Origin: a virus
Taxonomy: Duplodnaviria > Caudoviricetes
DNA: 64,000 nucleotides
Direction: 5' to 3' (one strand)
Virus record (IMG/VR): IMGVR_UViG_3300010998_000026
Span: 1 to 64,000 of that record
A program made the translations under genes and the position numbers. Position 1 is the first letter of the stretch. The number at the start of each line of letters is the position of its first letter. The notes under the pieces are model-generated. The model had not been told where the DNA came from. It saw only the letters and a program-made list of their open reading frames with translations, and made no database searches. Below, in pieces: positions 8,973-21,031 of this stretch.

Positions 8973-11900
8973 ATGGCATATACTAAACATACTTGGAATA
9001 CTAAAGAGCCAATTACTAAAGCCAAAATGTAGAATATCGAAGATGGTATAGCTGCAATTGATGCTTATAGTGAAACAAATATTAATAAACTTTTAAGTTA
9101 TCTTGGATATTCTGATTAGGAACTCAATAATGGTAATGTACTTACTAAATTAAATACATTATTTACTATTGTAGGATATAGCTTAGCGGAAGTAAATGAG
9201 CATGGTTCTATTGCCCAACGTATTAGTAATTTAAGTATTGATTCTAACTCAGTGCAACAAAATACTGCTAATATCAGTACACTTTTATCAATTATTAATA
9301 ATGCCTGTGGTACACAAGAAATTACTCAAGCTAATTTAAAATCAGTATTAGAAACTATTCGCGCTTCTATTAGCTCTATTGATACTGCCTATAAAGCAGC
9401 AGATACTGCTTTAAGCGGGCGAATTGATACAGCACAAGGAACTGCTAATACGGCTATTGAAGCAATTAATACCGCTAAAGGCACAGCAGATAGTTTAGCT
9501 CAGAGGCTAAATAATATTGAAACCAAAAACAGTACCCAAGATACTGCTATTGGAACTATTCAAGATAGATTAAATACACCAGTATCAGGCGACGCGAAAA
9601 ATCTTGAACAACATATTTCTACTTTATACTCTGACATAGATGATGTAAAAGATGAAGTTGAAACCGCGCGCGGAGTAGATAGTTTAAATGTCGCACGGGC
9701 CAATTTAAATGCACGTTTTGTAGATGATGAAGCACGTATTGCAGCGGTTGAAGGACGCCTTACTACAACGGAGACTGCAACCACTACTACAATTCCCAAT
9801 AGAATTGCGGCCGCGGAAGGACGCATTAGTACAGTAGAAGGTAAAGTAAATGAGATTGATAGCGCACATCGTACTGTTGAAGACACACTTGATACTCGTT
9901 TTGATGATATTGAAACAGAATTAACCAGTGCGAAAGACATTTATAATTCTATTGACGCTCGTTTTGACGCGGTTGAAGCAACAGCTAACGCTGCGGCAGT
10001 AGCAACTACTGTTAATACTGCTATAAATGGATTAGACGGACGCTTAACTACAGTTGAGGGTGATTTAAATACTGCATCTACTGGCTTAAAGGCGAGAGTT
10101 ACTACTATTGAAAGTGATTTAAACACTGCTTCAACGGGATTAAAAGCGCGTGTAACAGCGTTAGAAAATAATCCACAATCTACTACTACTACAATTATAG
10201 ATGTTGTTACTTATAATAATGATGGTATTCCTACTAGTATTTTAAATCCATCTGCTGATGTTGATTATTTATTAAAGAAAGATAATAAGTATTACTATTG
10301 GCGTTATATTAATAATACTTGGCAATTAATCAGCGGTGGAGAAAGTGAAGGCGGAACTTCTTCTGCTGAATTTTATGCTACTTTAACTGATATACCAACA
10401 CCATATTCAGATACAGTAGACTATTTTATTGGAAGTAATTTAAATTATATACATTATCGCTATTTAAATAATACATGGGTACAAATTCTACCCGCTGGAT
10501 TAATTAATAGTGTTACTCTTGATAATAGTTTAGTTAGTAATGAAGAAGGTGCACCAAGAAAGAGTAAACCAGTTATAAAGGAAGTTGGTAGTAATACTAA
10601 TTTATTAGCTAACTTTACTGCAATTCAATCTATTGGATATACTCAAAATGAAAATGGAACAACATTAACATGGGTTGATATAGACGGTGGAACTGATGAA
10701 GTAACTATTACAGGTGGCGGCGGTGGAAGTAGCTCTGGTATTACTGCTTTTATTAATCGTGTTACTGATGCAAATCTTACTACTATTTCTGGAGAAGATT
10801 GCATAATTAATTATATATATACTGCTACTGAACGCGTAGGCTAGTAGGATGAATTAATTGCAACTACTGGTACCGGTACATGGTCTATTAATGGGGCACG
10901 AGTAGCTACTTAGGATGTATCAATTAATGATATTTCTGATAATACTGACTATAATACTTTTAATATTGGTCCATATTTACATACTGGTACAAATAATATT
11001 ACATTAACCGTTACTATTTCTGTAAATGATCAAGTTATTAGTCGTACAAAAACTTGGGTAGCAAATGTTATTAATTTTTCTTTAACATGGGAATATGAAG
11101 AAAGTACAATTAATAGTAGTGACGAGATTAATTTTTCTTGTACTCCTTATGGCTCTGATATTACTAAAACTTTATACTTAAAAGTTGGTAATCACTAGCA
11201 ATCTCAAATTGTTACTACTAGTAGCATCCCTGTTACAGTAACATTAACAGAAAGTTTCGCGCACGGTAGTTATACTGCTGAAATGTGGATGACCGCGACA
11301 ATTAATGGCACTCAAAAAGAAACTCCACATATTTTACATGACTTTATAGTAGTCGATAGTGGAAATTCTACCCCTATTATTGCGGCAACCTTACCACAAA
11401 CAACAATAAATCAATATGATACGATTTCTATTCCATTTGTAATTTATACTCCTACTTCTTCACTTTCTACTGTAACTTTAGAAGTAAATGGTGTTGTATA
11501 GGATACTCGTACAGATATTAATAGAACTACTCAAATATGGAATTATACACCTTCTACATTAGGTACTGATATTATATATGATGAAAATGATAATCCCGTT
11601 AGTGGTACTCATACACTAGTGATTAGAAGTGGAAGTTCATCAAAAACATTAATTTTAACTACTAATAGTGTACAAATAAATAATACAGAAATTGGCGGAT
11701 ATTCTTTTAAATTAAAAGCAAATGAATTACCAAGTAATAGCGCTTTATAGAGTTGGTATTATGGTAATCCTAATACTACTAAACTTCAATTTTCTAATAA
11801 TTTTGACTGGATAAATGGCGGTATTAAAACTGAATATGATGAAAATAAATAGTTACGGCAGTATATTTGTATAAAATCTGGCACAAGAATGACTATACCA

Positions 11901-14900
11901 TATCAAATGTTTGCGACTGATCCTAAAGTGTCAGGTAGTAATTTTAAAATTATTTTTAAAATTCAGAATTGTCGTAATTATGATGCAGTTATTGCAACAA
12001 ATGTTGCTAATAATATTGGTATTTAGCTAAATGCGCATAATGCAATATTCAAGTCTACTGCTACTGAAATTTCTACTTAGTACGGAGAAAATGAATATAC
12101 TGAATTAGAATTTGAAGTATATAAAAATCATGTAGGAAATACAGAAGTTCAAGCTTCTAATCCATATATGATGGCTTGGATTGACGGTGTTATGACTTCT
12201 GCGCGTCCATATGATGGCAACTTTGTACAAAATACTCCTTCAAATATTATTATTGGTTCTGATGATTGTGATGTATATATTTATTTAGTAAAATATTATC
12301 CTAATGTATTAACTATTGCTGACCATATTTCTAATTTTTTTTCAGATGCTCCAAATGCTACTGAAATGGTTCGCCGCTATGAAAGAAATAATATTCTTGA
12401 TGAAGATGGCGATATTGATTTTAATGCATTAGCAAATAAAAATAAAGATTGCCGTGTATGGTTATACGATATTCCTCGTATGACTACTGGTAAGAAAGAT
12501 TATGTTGGTGGAGTAGGATTTTAGCAAATTTATAAAAATGGTACTGCTTATTAGGACAATCTACATGGTGTAGGTACATTAACAGTACAAGGAACTTCTT
12601 CTGTAAACTATCGTAAAGGCGCGGCAAATACTGATATAAATTTCTATGATACAAAAGATGAAGGTCGTTTAGCATTATGTGAACTTTATGATGGTCAAAA
12701 TAATGATTTATTATATAATATAGTTAATGGTGAAAAAGTTCTTAAACCGGAAAATGAAAGGGGTTTTAAAATTAATACGGATTCAGTTCCAATTACATAT
12801 TCTAATATGAAAGTTAACTTTGCTTCTTGTGAGCAAGTAAATAATATGTGTAATGCTGAATGGTATCAACAATTTTAGCCTTATCCAAGTTTAAGCCCTC
12901 GTGATTGTATGGAATTTAGCATGGGTGTTCAATTTATTCATGATAGAGGTGAAAATGAGCCTTCTGGCGAAGTAATTTTATTTAATGAAAAAACTAATAG
13001 ACAAGCAAATAAATATTATATGTATTCTATTGGTAATTTAGGAACTTCTAAGAAAAATACTCATATTTTCCATAATGAAAATGAATGCTGTGTTGAAGTA
13101 ATGAATAATCAAAACGCGGGTTGCCGTATGATTTCTATTCCTTCAGATTTATAGGCAGACTATACTGCTTATCAAAATGAGCAATATGAAAGTATGACTA
13201 ATTATGATTGGGGTGGAGATAATAAAGCAAAAGACCACTCTTATGAAATGCGTTTCCCAGATACTAAAAATCCATCTAAAGAAATTAAGGCTGGTTGGGC
13301 GCGCTTTGTAAAATGGATGGCTGATAACAATCCTAACGCAGCAACTAATACAGCATTAAATTCTCCGGAAACTTATGCTCCTTATACATTTAAAGGCCAT
13401 AAACGCCAAGGAACACAAGTACTACGTGGTACAACTGTCAATCAATATGCCGGCACTTATACAACTGATAGCTTTGAACGTCGTATGGCAAAAATGTTAT
13501 CTGAATGTGAAGACTATATGGCAATGGACTCTGTTATTTATCATTTCTTATTCATTGAACGCCATACTATGGTTGATAATGTATCTAAAAATACATTCTG
13601 GTCTGCTATGAAAACTAATCAATATATTAATGGTATAGAACAACCAGATACAGAAGGATATTGGATTTGGGATTTAAGTAAAAATTATGATAATGACACT
13701 TCTGATGGTAATAATAATGAAGGCCAATTAATATTTGATTATGGTAATGAGGCGAATGATAGACAAGATGGAAAAGCAATATTTAACGCCGCGGATGCAG
13801 TTTGGTTTGTTTTCAGTAGTAATTTATACGAAGCTTGTTAGGTTATGTTCCAAAATCGCGAAGCCGCGACTTCTAAGAACGGTAAATGGCAAAATGCTTG
13901 GAATGCTTCTGTTTATCATACTTATTTATTAAATGAATAGCGAAAGATTCCAGAACGCGTTTGGAATGAATGTTATTGGTATGATTATTTACGTACTTAT
14001 GAAACAGGTAAAGTATATAATGAAGAAACAGATCAAGATACTCAAATTATTGATAAATCTTGGATTACATTCCTCGATGGTGGGCAAAAAATACATCAGC
14101 GTAAACATTATGAAACATTTGAAGAATTATATGATGCTTCTAAATATCGTAGTAATTTTTCTACTGCTAATACAGTTACATTACGTGGCTATACTCCTGA
14201 TAATGACGATCCTAGTTTAGATGCAGTACCTGCGAAATCTGAAATTTCAGTTAAAATGTACAATAAATGTTATTTAACTGTACATTTTGATGATAATATA
14301 GAAACATAGAAAGCAGGAAAAGGAGAATTAGTAACATTAAGATTTTTAGAAAATGGTCAATATATGCATCTTTCTGATGTAGTTATTAAGATTGATACTG
14401 CTTCTATGATACAAGAAATTGGTGATTTAGCTCCTTTATACCCGGGACAAGCATCTTTTAGCGCGGCAACTCGTCTTCGTTCTATTAAAATTGGTGATTC
14501 TACTCCTGGATATAATAATCCTCATATTACAAATACAGAAACTGGTACCGTAGATTTTGGCGCGAATTATATGTTAGAACATTTAGAAGTACAAAATCTA
14601 TCTAATGCTAATTAGCCATTAAGATTAGCTGATTGTCCTGCTCTTACATATCTTGACGCGCATGGCTCTAGTTTTACTAGTATTACATTTGCTAATGGTG
14701 GATTATTAAATGAAGTATATCTTAATAATCCTACTAGTTTAGAAATGCGTAATTTAGATTTCTTAAGTAATGAAAATTTCCATTTAACAGATCCTACTTC
14801 TGTATTAGAATTACGATTAGAAGGATGTAAACTTTTTAATAATTTATCACTTATTGAAAGTTTAACTAATTTAAATATTATTAGATTAGTTGGAGCTAAT

Positions 14901-17270
14901 TGGACATTAAATAATAATACATTATTAGAAAGATTAGTTAATATCATGGGTATGGATGAACGTGGTTATACTATTAATCAATCTTATCTTGCTGGTACAG
15001 TTAGTTTAACTGGTACTGTATATAGTGGTGATTATATTAAATATACAAATGCTTGGAGTCCAGATTTAGTTATTGATGTTTCACAAGCAACTAATTATAT
15101 TTAGTAGCGTTTAATTACTTATAAAAACTATGATGGTACAGTTTTACATACTAGATATATAAATTAGGGACAACAATTAATAGATGTTGTTGCCGCGGGA
15201 ATAATTGATACTCCTCAAAAAGCACCAGATATACAAAATCAATATACTTTTGGTGAATATATTTCTGGTGAATGGTAGCCATTTACTGGTTGGAGAGAAG
15301 AAAATGATTCAGTTTCAATTTATAGAAAATATAATGGTATTATTCCAACAGTAGGAAATAGTGATATTATATTATATACTGTATATTCTTCTACTCCACA
15401 ACAATATACTGTACGTTGGATGGTTGGCTCTACTGAAATTAGTAGTGTATAGGGCCAAAATTATGGCGGAGGATATAATTTATATGCTCCAACTATTAAA
15501 GATGTATAGTTAAAAACTGATACATATACATTCCATGATAATGGTAATGGAACTTGTAGTTATAGTATTATGACTGGATGGGATAAATTACCAACAAATA
15601 TTGCTCCAACACAATTAGGAGTACCATATGATATTAATGCTACCTGGCTAACAAGAACAAATGTGAATTATAATACTGTTTTAACAAGTAATGATTATAG
15701 TGTAGAAGAAAAATTACTTATACTAAAATGTATGAGTGTACCTCGTGGTTAGTTGAATATTCTAGATATGTATTCAGTCGCGATGGGATATGATGGTACT
15801 AAACCAGCAATTGATCTATTGGCCACGCCAAAACGATATAGAGGAACCGCTGATAGTCCAATTACTACTTATACTCCATTTAGTTTAAATAAGAGTTTCA
15901 CTATTGCTATTGATTATCGTTTCGATCCAATACAAAATAGTTCAGTTAATGAAGCAGTATTATTATCTTGTTATAAAGAAGTTGGTAGTTCAAAATATGG
16001 ATTTAAATTATTCTATAATCCAAGCGCGGATACGATTGCTCCTCAAATTAGTTTTGGTAGCACTGATATTATTAGTGATACAAATGTATTTAGACTTAAT
16101 TCAACAATAGACAAACGTGGTATAGTTGTACTAAAACACCGTGCAGGTGAACCAACTCTTTATGTTTATTCCGGAACAAATTCTTCCGGCTTAATTACAG
16201 ATTATGACCCAAATGCTTTTAGACATACACTAAGTGTATCTGGTTCAACTGAAACAGACGCAAACATTATTTTAGGTGGAGTTAATTCTAATAGCACTAG
16301 TACAATAAATGCTACTGGTACTTTATATTCTGTAAAATACTGGGAAGAAGATTTAGGTGAAGGTGAATGTGTATAGCTTGCTAATTGGTGTCATGAAACA
16401 ATGCACTTTGCTGTGGCTGATTTCTATGAAAATAGTACACATAGTGGACTTCCTTCTGGTAGTAATATATTATTACATACTATGAATGCTTCTCAAATGG
16501 GTACTATTAGTGTTGATCAAATAAACTTTGCTAATGATTCAGTTGGTTGGGATCCATCTACAATTAGAACATTCTATAATAATCGTATCTATCAAGGATT
16601 ACCAACAATGATGCAGAGTATTGTTACACGCGCGAATATTAATCATATTAAAGCCTATAAATCAGATGGACAATATGCAATAGGAACCAGAACTGATCCT
16701 ACTTTAGATTATATTTTTGCTCCAAGTTTCAAAGAAGTAGAAACTTCTTCTAATGATAGTAATAAATATAATGGAGAAGCAGCCGGTCGCTGGGGTTGGA
16801 GCGGTTTATTAACAAAACAATATTCTGGTGGACAATTTATTACTGCCACTGGTAATACTGATATTTATGAAAATTTACGCTTCCCATTTATGCCTATTGC
16901 AATTAGTGGTACTTAGGTATTTATAGATTATACTTCTAATAATACCAGTTTTGAAAGTTATGCTATTTCAAATAATTTAGGGTTAAAGACTGGTGATATT
17001 TTGGTTCCTGAAAGCCATACTGCTGCATATATTTATGTCTCTAGCAATGAAGTATCTAAGGGAGCGCCTATTACAACTTCAACAGATGCTTATCTAGCAA
17101 CATCTACAGGCGCTTGGATTGAATCCACTTCTTGGTGGCTACGTTCTACATAGCCAGAAGCATTTGGTAACACTAGGTCAAGTAAATTATCATATATTAA
17201 TAACTTTAATGGTAATACTGGTTATGGTAATATAACCTCACGCGGTATTGTCTATTCATTAGCATTATAA
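8973..17270 (+). CDS. Giant virion/tail-associated protein (~2765 aa, code 15): N-terminal coiled coil, CotH-kinase-like central region, LRR-like segment, C-terminal WWLRS motif
   Basis: Track fragments 9252, 11283, 12168, 12909, 13194, 14364, 14745, 15570, 15753 and 16401 share one frame and end in TAG; RBS AAGGAGG; TAA at 17268-17270. Confidence 0.85.
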
Positions 17271-17284
17271 GGAGGTGAGCATTT

Positions 17285-18016
17285 ATGTTATATTATAAAA
17301 TTATTTAGAATAATGAAATTTCTGGAGTGGGTAGTTTAGAAAATTTATTTAAATTTTAGCAAAAACACTCTATATTAGAGCGCACAAATGAAAAAGAAGC
17401 GGAATATATCAAATGCTCAGGAATTCTTTATCATGCTTATTGGATGAGGCCAATAAAAACAGATTTATATGAATATCTTATTGCAGACGTAATTGAAATT
17501 ACGTAGCAAGAGTATGATATACTTAAACCCGCGGTTGAAAATGCGCCCGTCTATATTGAAGAAGAGGAAGAGCCAATTGTAATTGTTAACTCAGTAAATC
17601 CTCTTGATGAAATTACTTTAGAATATGTTCGTACTTCTAAAATTAATGAAATGTCTCGCGCATGCAATAAAACAATTGAAAATGGTTTTGATATTGAAAT
17701 CGAGGGAGAAGTACATCACTTCTCCCTTGATACTCAAGACCAGCTTAATTTAATTACATTATCTGCACTAACTGATACAGAAGAAATTATTCCTTATCAT
17801 GCAGATGGTGAAATTTGTAAATTTTATACTGCCGCAGAAATGAAACAAATTATCGCGGCAGCAACAAGATTTAAGATATATCAAACGACATATTATAATG
17901 CTTTAAAGGCATATATTAATTCATTAGAAACCATTGAAGAAATTGGTGCGATTACTTATGGTATTGAAATACCAGAAGAATTTTAGACTAATGTTCTTCG
18001 CGCGTTAAATGCTTGA
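17285..18016 (+). CDS. DUF4376-like tail fibre assembly-type protein (code 15)
   Basis: HFSLDTQDQLNL...PYHADGEICKFY motif; RBS GGAGGTG; TGA stop. Confidence 0.7.
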
Positions 18017-18041
18017 CTTTTTACCTTTTTTATGATATAAT
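18013..18041 (+). promoter_or_regulatory. sigmaA-type promoter
   Basis: TTGACT-17-TATAAT. Confidence 0.75.
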
Positions 18042-18064
18042 ATAAAAAAAGGGGATGAATATAA

Positions 18065-18454
18065 ATGAATAACTGGATGCCAAATAATAATAATAATTAG
18101 CAAATTAATAATTATCCCTATAATTGGATGGCTCAATCTCGTTTGCCAGTATATCGCGCCGATCCAATTCATGGAGAAAACTCGGCCTGGTAGTTTATGA
18201 TGGGGCCTAACAGTGAAATTTATTTACCTGATGATACAGAAAATATTATTTGGTGGATACGTACAGACCAGAATGGTAATCGTAGTGTAACGCCTTTTGA
18301 TGTAAGTCCTCATAAAAAGCCTGAACCAATAGATATAAATGCTATTCTTACACGATTAGATTCTTTGGAGGAAAAAGTAAATGCCAAGTTTAATAAGTCA
18401 AATGCGAAACGCGCAAATGCAACAGAGTCAACCGCAGCAAATGTCATTGAATAA
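18065..18454 (+). CDS. Hypothetical protein (code 15)
   Basis: Upstream extension of ORF 18197 through TAG to ATG 18065. Confidence 0.7.
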
Positions 18455-18668
18455 TTCTATTGCTTAGGCAAAATAGCTTATGTAGCAAATTCAAATGGCA
18501 AAAGATAAGCAACAAGCATTGGTATAGATGCTGCAAAATAATCCAAATAGCAGTGCTATCGCACAAATGTTAAGGAACGGTAATAGTTTAGAAAGTATTG
18601 CTCGTTCTTTAGCCGCGGCGAAAGGCGTAGATATTAATGATTTAATAAATCAATTAAAGGCGACTTAA
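18381..18668 (+). CDS. Gln/Met-rich small protein (code 15)
   Basis: RBS GGAGG; reads ...SIAQAKQLMQQIQMAK... with TAG=Q in a Gln-rich context. Confidence 0.75.
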
Positions 18669-18689
18669 AAAGTCGCCTTTATTTTTTTT
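18657..18689 (+). terminator. Intrinsic terminator
   Basis: AAGGCGACTT-AAA-AAGTCGCCTT followed by a T-rich tract. Confidence 0.8.
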
Positions 18690-18813
18690 ATCCTCGTAAA
18701 GAAAATAGAATGGTTTAGTACTGATTACTCTACCTATATCATAGGATAGACATTTTATTGCCTATCTTTAATTGGTTTCCTTATTTATATTATTTTCTCG
18801 GAGGATGATATTT

Positions 18814-19446
18814 ATGGGTGAAAATGGATTATCTGCTTCTGACGTTGCCTTAATGAATCGTGATGGCAATGGCTTCGGAGATGGTTGGGGTATTTGGCTA
18901 TTTGCTATTCTTGCTCTAATGGGCGGTGGCTTTGGCGGCGGTTGGGGCGGTAACGCTCAACAGTATGCCACTCGTGACCAAGTACAAAACGGATTTGATA
19001 CTTAGAACTTACAAGCACAAACTCGTGATATTCTCGCAGCCGTAAACTCTGGTACTGCACAAGCAGTTGCGGCAACAAATCAAGTTTTCCATGATGTTGT
19101 AAATTATGTGGGCGACAAATATATGGAATTACAGCGTGATGTAGGCGGTCTTGCTGTCGGTCAGGCTAATTTACTAGCTAATCAAAATCAATGTTGCAAT
19201 GCTACTCAACAATTATTACAGCAAATGAATTATGACGCTGCAATGCGTGATGCCGCAACTAATGCTAACATTGTTGCTCAGAATCAGAAGATTCTTGATG
19301 CTATCATGGGTAATAAAATAGAAGCTATGTAGAATCGCATTAACCAATTAGAACTACAGAATCAATTACAGGGCGTTGTCCGTTACCCAAATGGTTGGAC
19401 TTATAATGCTGGTAATAGTCCTTTCTGTGGTGGTTGTAATATGTAA
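18814..19446 (+). CDS. Gly-rich membrane-anchored coiled-coil protein of a Bacillota phage cluster (code 15)
   Basis: GWGIWLFAILALMGGGFGGGWGG, NQCCN; fragments joined through TAG; TAA stop. Confidence 0.8.
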
Positions 19447-19469
19447 GAGCGTATTGAGTACGCCATAAT

Positions 19470-19500
19470 AGGGACGTACTAAGTGCGTCCCTTTTTTATT
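19470..19500 (+). terminator. Intrinsic terminator
   Basis: GGGACGTAC-TAA-GTGCGTCCC plus T tract. Confidence 0.8.
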
Positions 19501-19521
19501 TTACCCCACGGAGGTTTGAAT

Positions 19522-19836
19522 ATGAAAGTAATTAAACGAGTGTCAGATGATATTGAAGAACAAATTGAAATGGCATAGTGCTATGGTAAGGCCGCGATGG
19601 AATTAAAAGAAGATTATCCAGCATTGGCTGAAGTTTATGCTAAGGCCGCGGCGTAGATGTTAGATATTATGAACTCTTTCCATACTTAGATAGTAAATAT
19701 CATTACTGAATACAAAAAAGCCAAAGGTGATGTACCAAAGGAAATGTAGATATTATATGATATTCTACATGAAAAGCATATTTCAGACACTATTACGGCG
19801 AAAAGTATAATCGCTTTATATAATGGAGGACGATAA
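19522..19836 (+). CDS. Helical (ferritin/spore-coat-like) hypothetical protein (code 15)
   Basis: RBS GGAGG; open only with TAG as sense; TAA stop. Confidence 0.7.
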
Positions 19837-19838
19837 TT

Positions 19839-20246
19839 ATGATACAAGCATATAGTTCTAACCTTGATGTCGCGGCCAGAGTCGCTATTCCTTTTAATAA
19901 TGCTATTATAGAGAAAGGTTGCACCGCAGTTTTATCTGCACCAGCAACAATTCAATTAAATGCTCGTGGGTTATATATGGTTTCTGTTGATGCTTATGGT
20001 GAGCCAGGAGCCGCGGGTGATGTTTCAATTCAATTATATCGTAATGGTGTTGCTTTACCACAGGCTATTAGTTCTGCTACTGGCGCGACTGGTGATCTAA
20101 CAGCATTATCTTTCCAAACTTTAGTTCAAGTTTCTCAAAATAATACCAATTGTTGTTGTTCTAGTCCTACTACTTTACAAGTAATCAATGGCGATATAGC
20201 TCTTACTGACGCTCATTGTAATATAGTAGTTACTAAGGTCTGCTAA
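19839..20246 (+). CDS. BclA C-terminal/C1q-like beta-sandwich protein
   Basis: AIPFN...IQLNARGLYMVSV...LYRNGVALP pattern. Confidence 0.6.
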   Translation: MIQAYSSNLDVAARVAIPFNNAIIEKGCTAVLSAPATIQLNARGLYMVSVDAYGEPGAAGDVSIQLYRNGVALPQAISSATGATGDLTALSFQTLVQVSQNNTNCCCSSPTTLQVINGDIALTDAHCNIVVTKVC

Positions 20247-20479
20247 TGAATAATAATGGGAATCTTGAGTTTCTTGATGCTTTAAATATTGCCAGCTTCT
20301 GTATTGGCCTAATGAACCTTAATTCTAATCTTACTTAGAATGATAAATAGGAATTAGAAGAGCAACTTAATAGGTCAGTACAGAAGTTGCTTCAAGAAAT
20401 TCATCAACATTTAGAATAGTAGGATAAAAAAATAGACCTTATTTTAGAAAAAATAGGGGTGAGAGCAGATGACAATTGA
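20246..20479 (+). CDS. Small hypothetical protein (code 15)
   Basis: TAATG overlap; LDALNIASFCIGLMNL; several TAG; TGA stop. Confidence 0.7.
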
Positions 20480-21026
20480 AGAAATTTTTGCTAGACTAGC
20501 TACGCATATGATAGAGGGTACAAAAATACATTGTACTATATTTAAAGCATATGATTTTATCGGTTTATGCGGTTATGCTAAATGTCATTTATATCACTAT
20601 ATGGAAGAAATAAAGGGGTATGAATGTTTATTACATTATTATTCTACTCATTATCATAAGTTATTAAATACTAATGATGTTCCTAATCCGGATATTATAC
20701 CTGGAACTTGGTATAAGTATAATACAATGGAAGTTGATACTAATACAAAACGCAATACAGTAAAAACTTTGATGGAAAAATGGGTTGAATGGGAAAGAGA
20801 AACAAAGAAATTGTATTAGGAAATGTATAAAGAAGCATTAAGTATTGGCGAAGTCGCGGCCGCGAGTAAAATTAAATGTTATATTTGTGATGTTAGTGAT
20901 GAACTAAAACATGCAGAAAAGAAATTAATAAAATTAGAAACATTAGGGTATGACATTGGGGATATTGTAAAAGAATAGTAGCCAATGTATAATAAATATA
21001 AAAAACGACTTAAACATGGGTGGTGA
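20469..21026 (+). CDS. Ferritin-like protein (code 15)
   Basis: HMIEG..H...GYAKCH.YHYMEE...WVEWERETKKLY...DVSDELK; extends through TAG to TGA. Confidence 0.65.
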
Positions 21027-21031
21027 TACGG

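Noticed and set aside
10051-10160. Tandem ~54-bp repeat (DLNTASTGLKARVT twice)
   Set aside because: Ordinary coiled-coil internal duplication within the giant protein.
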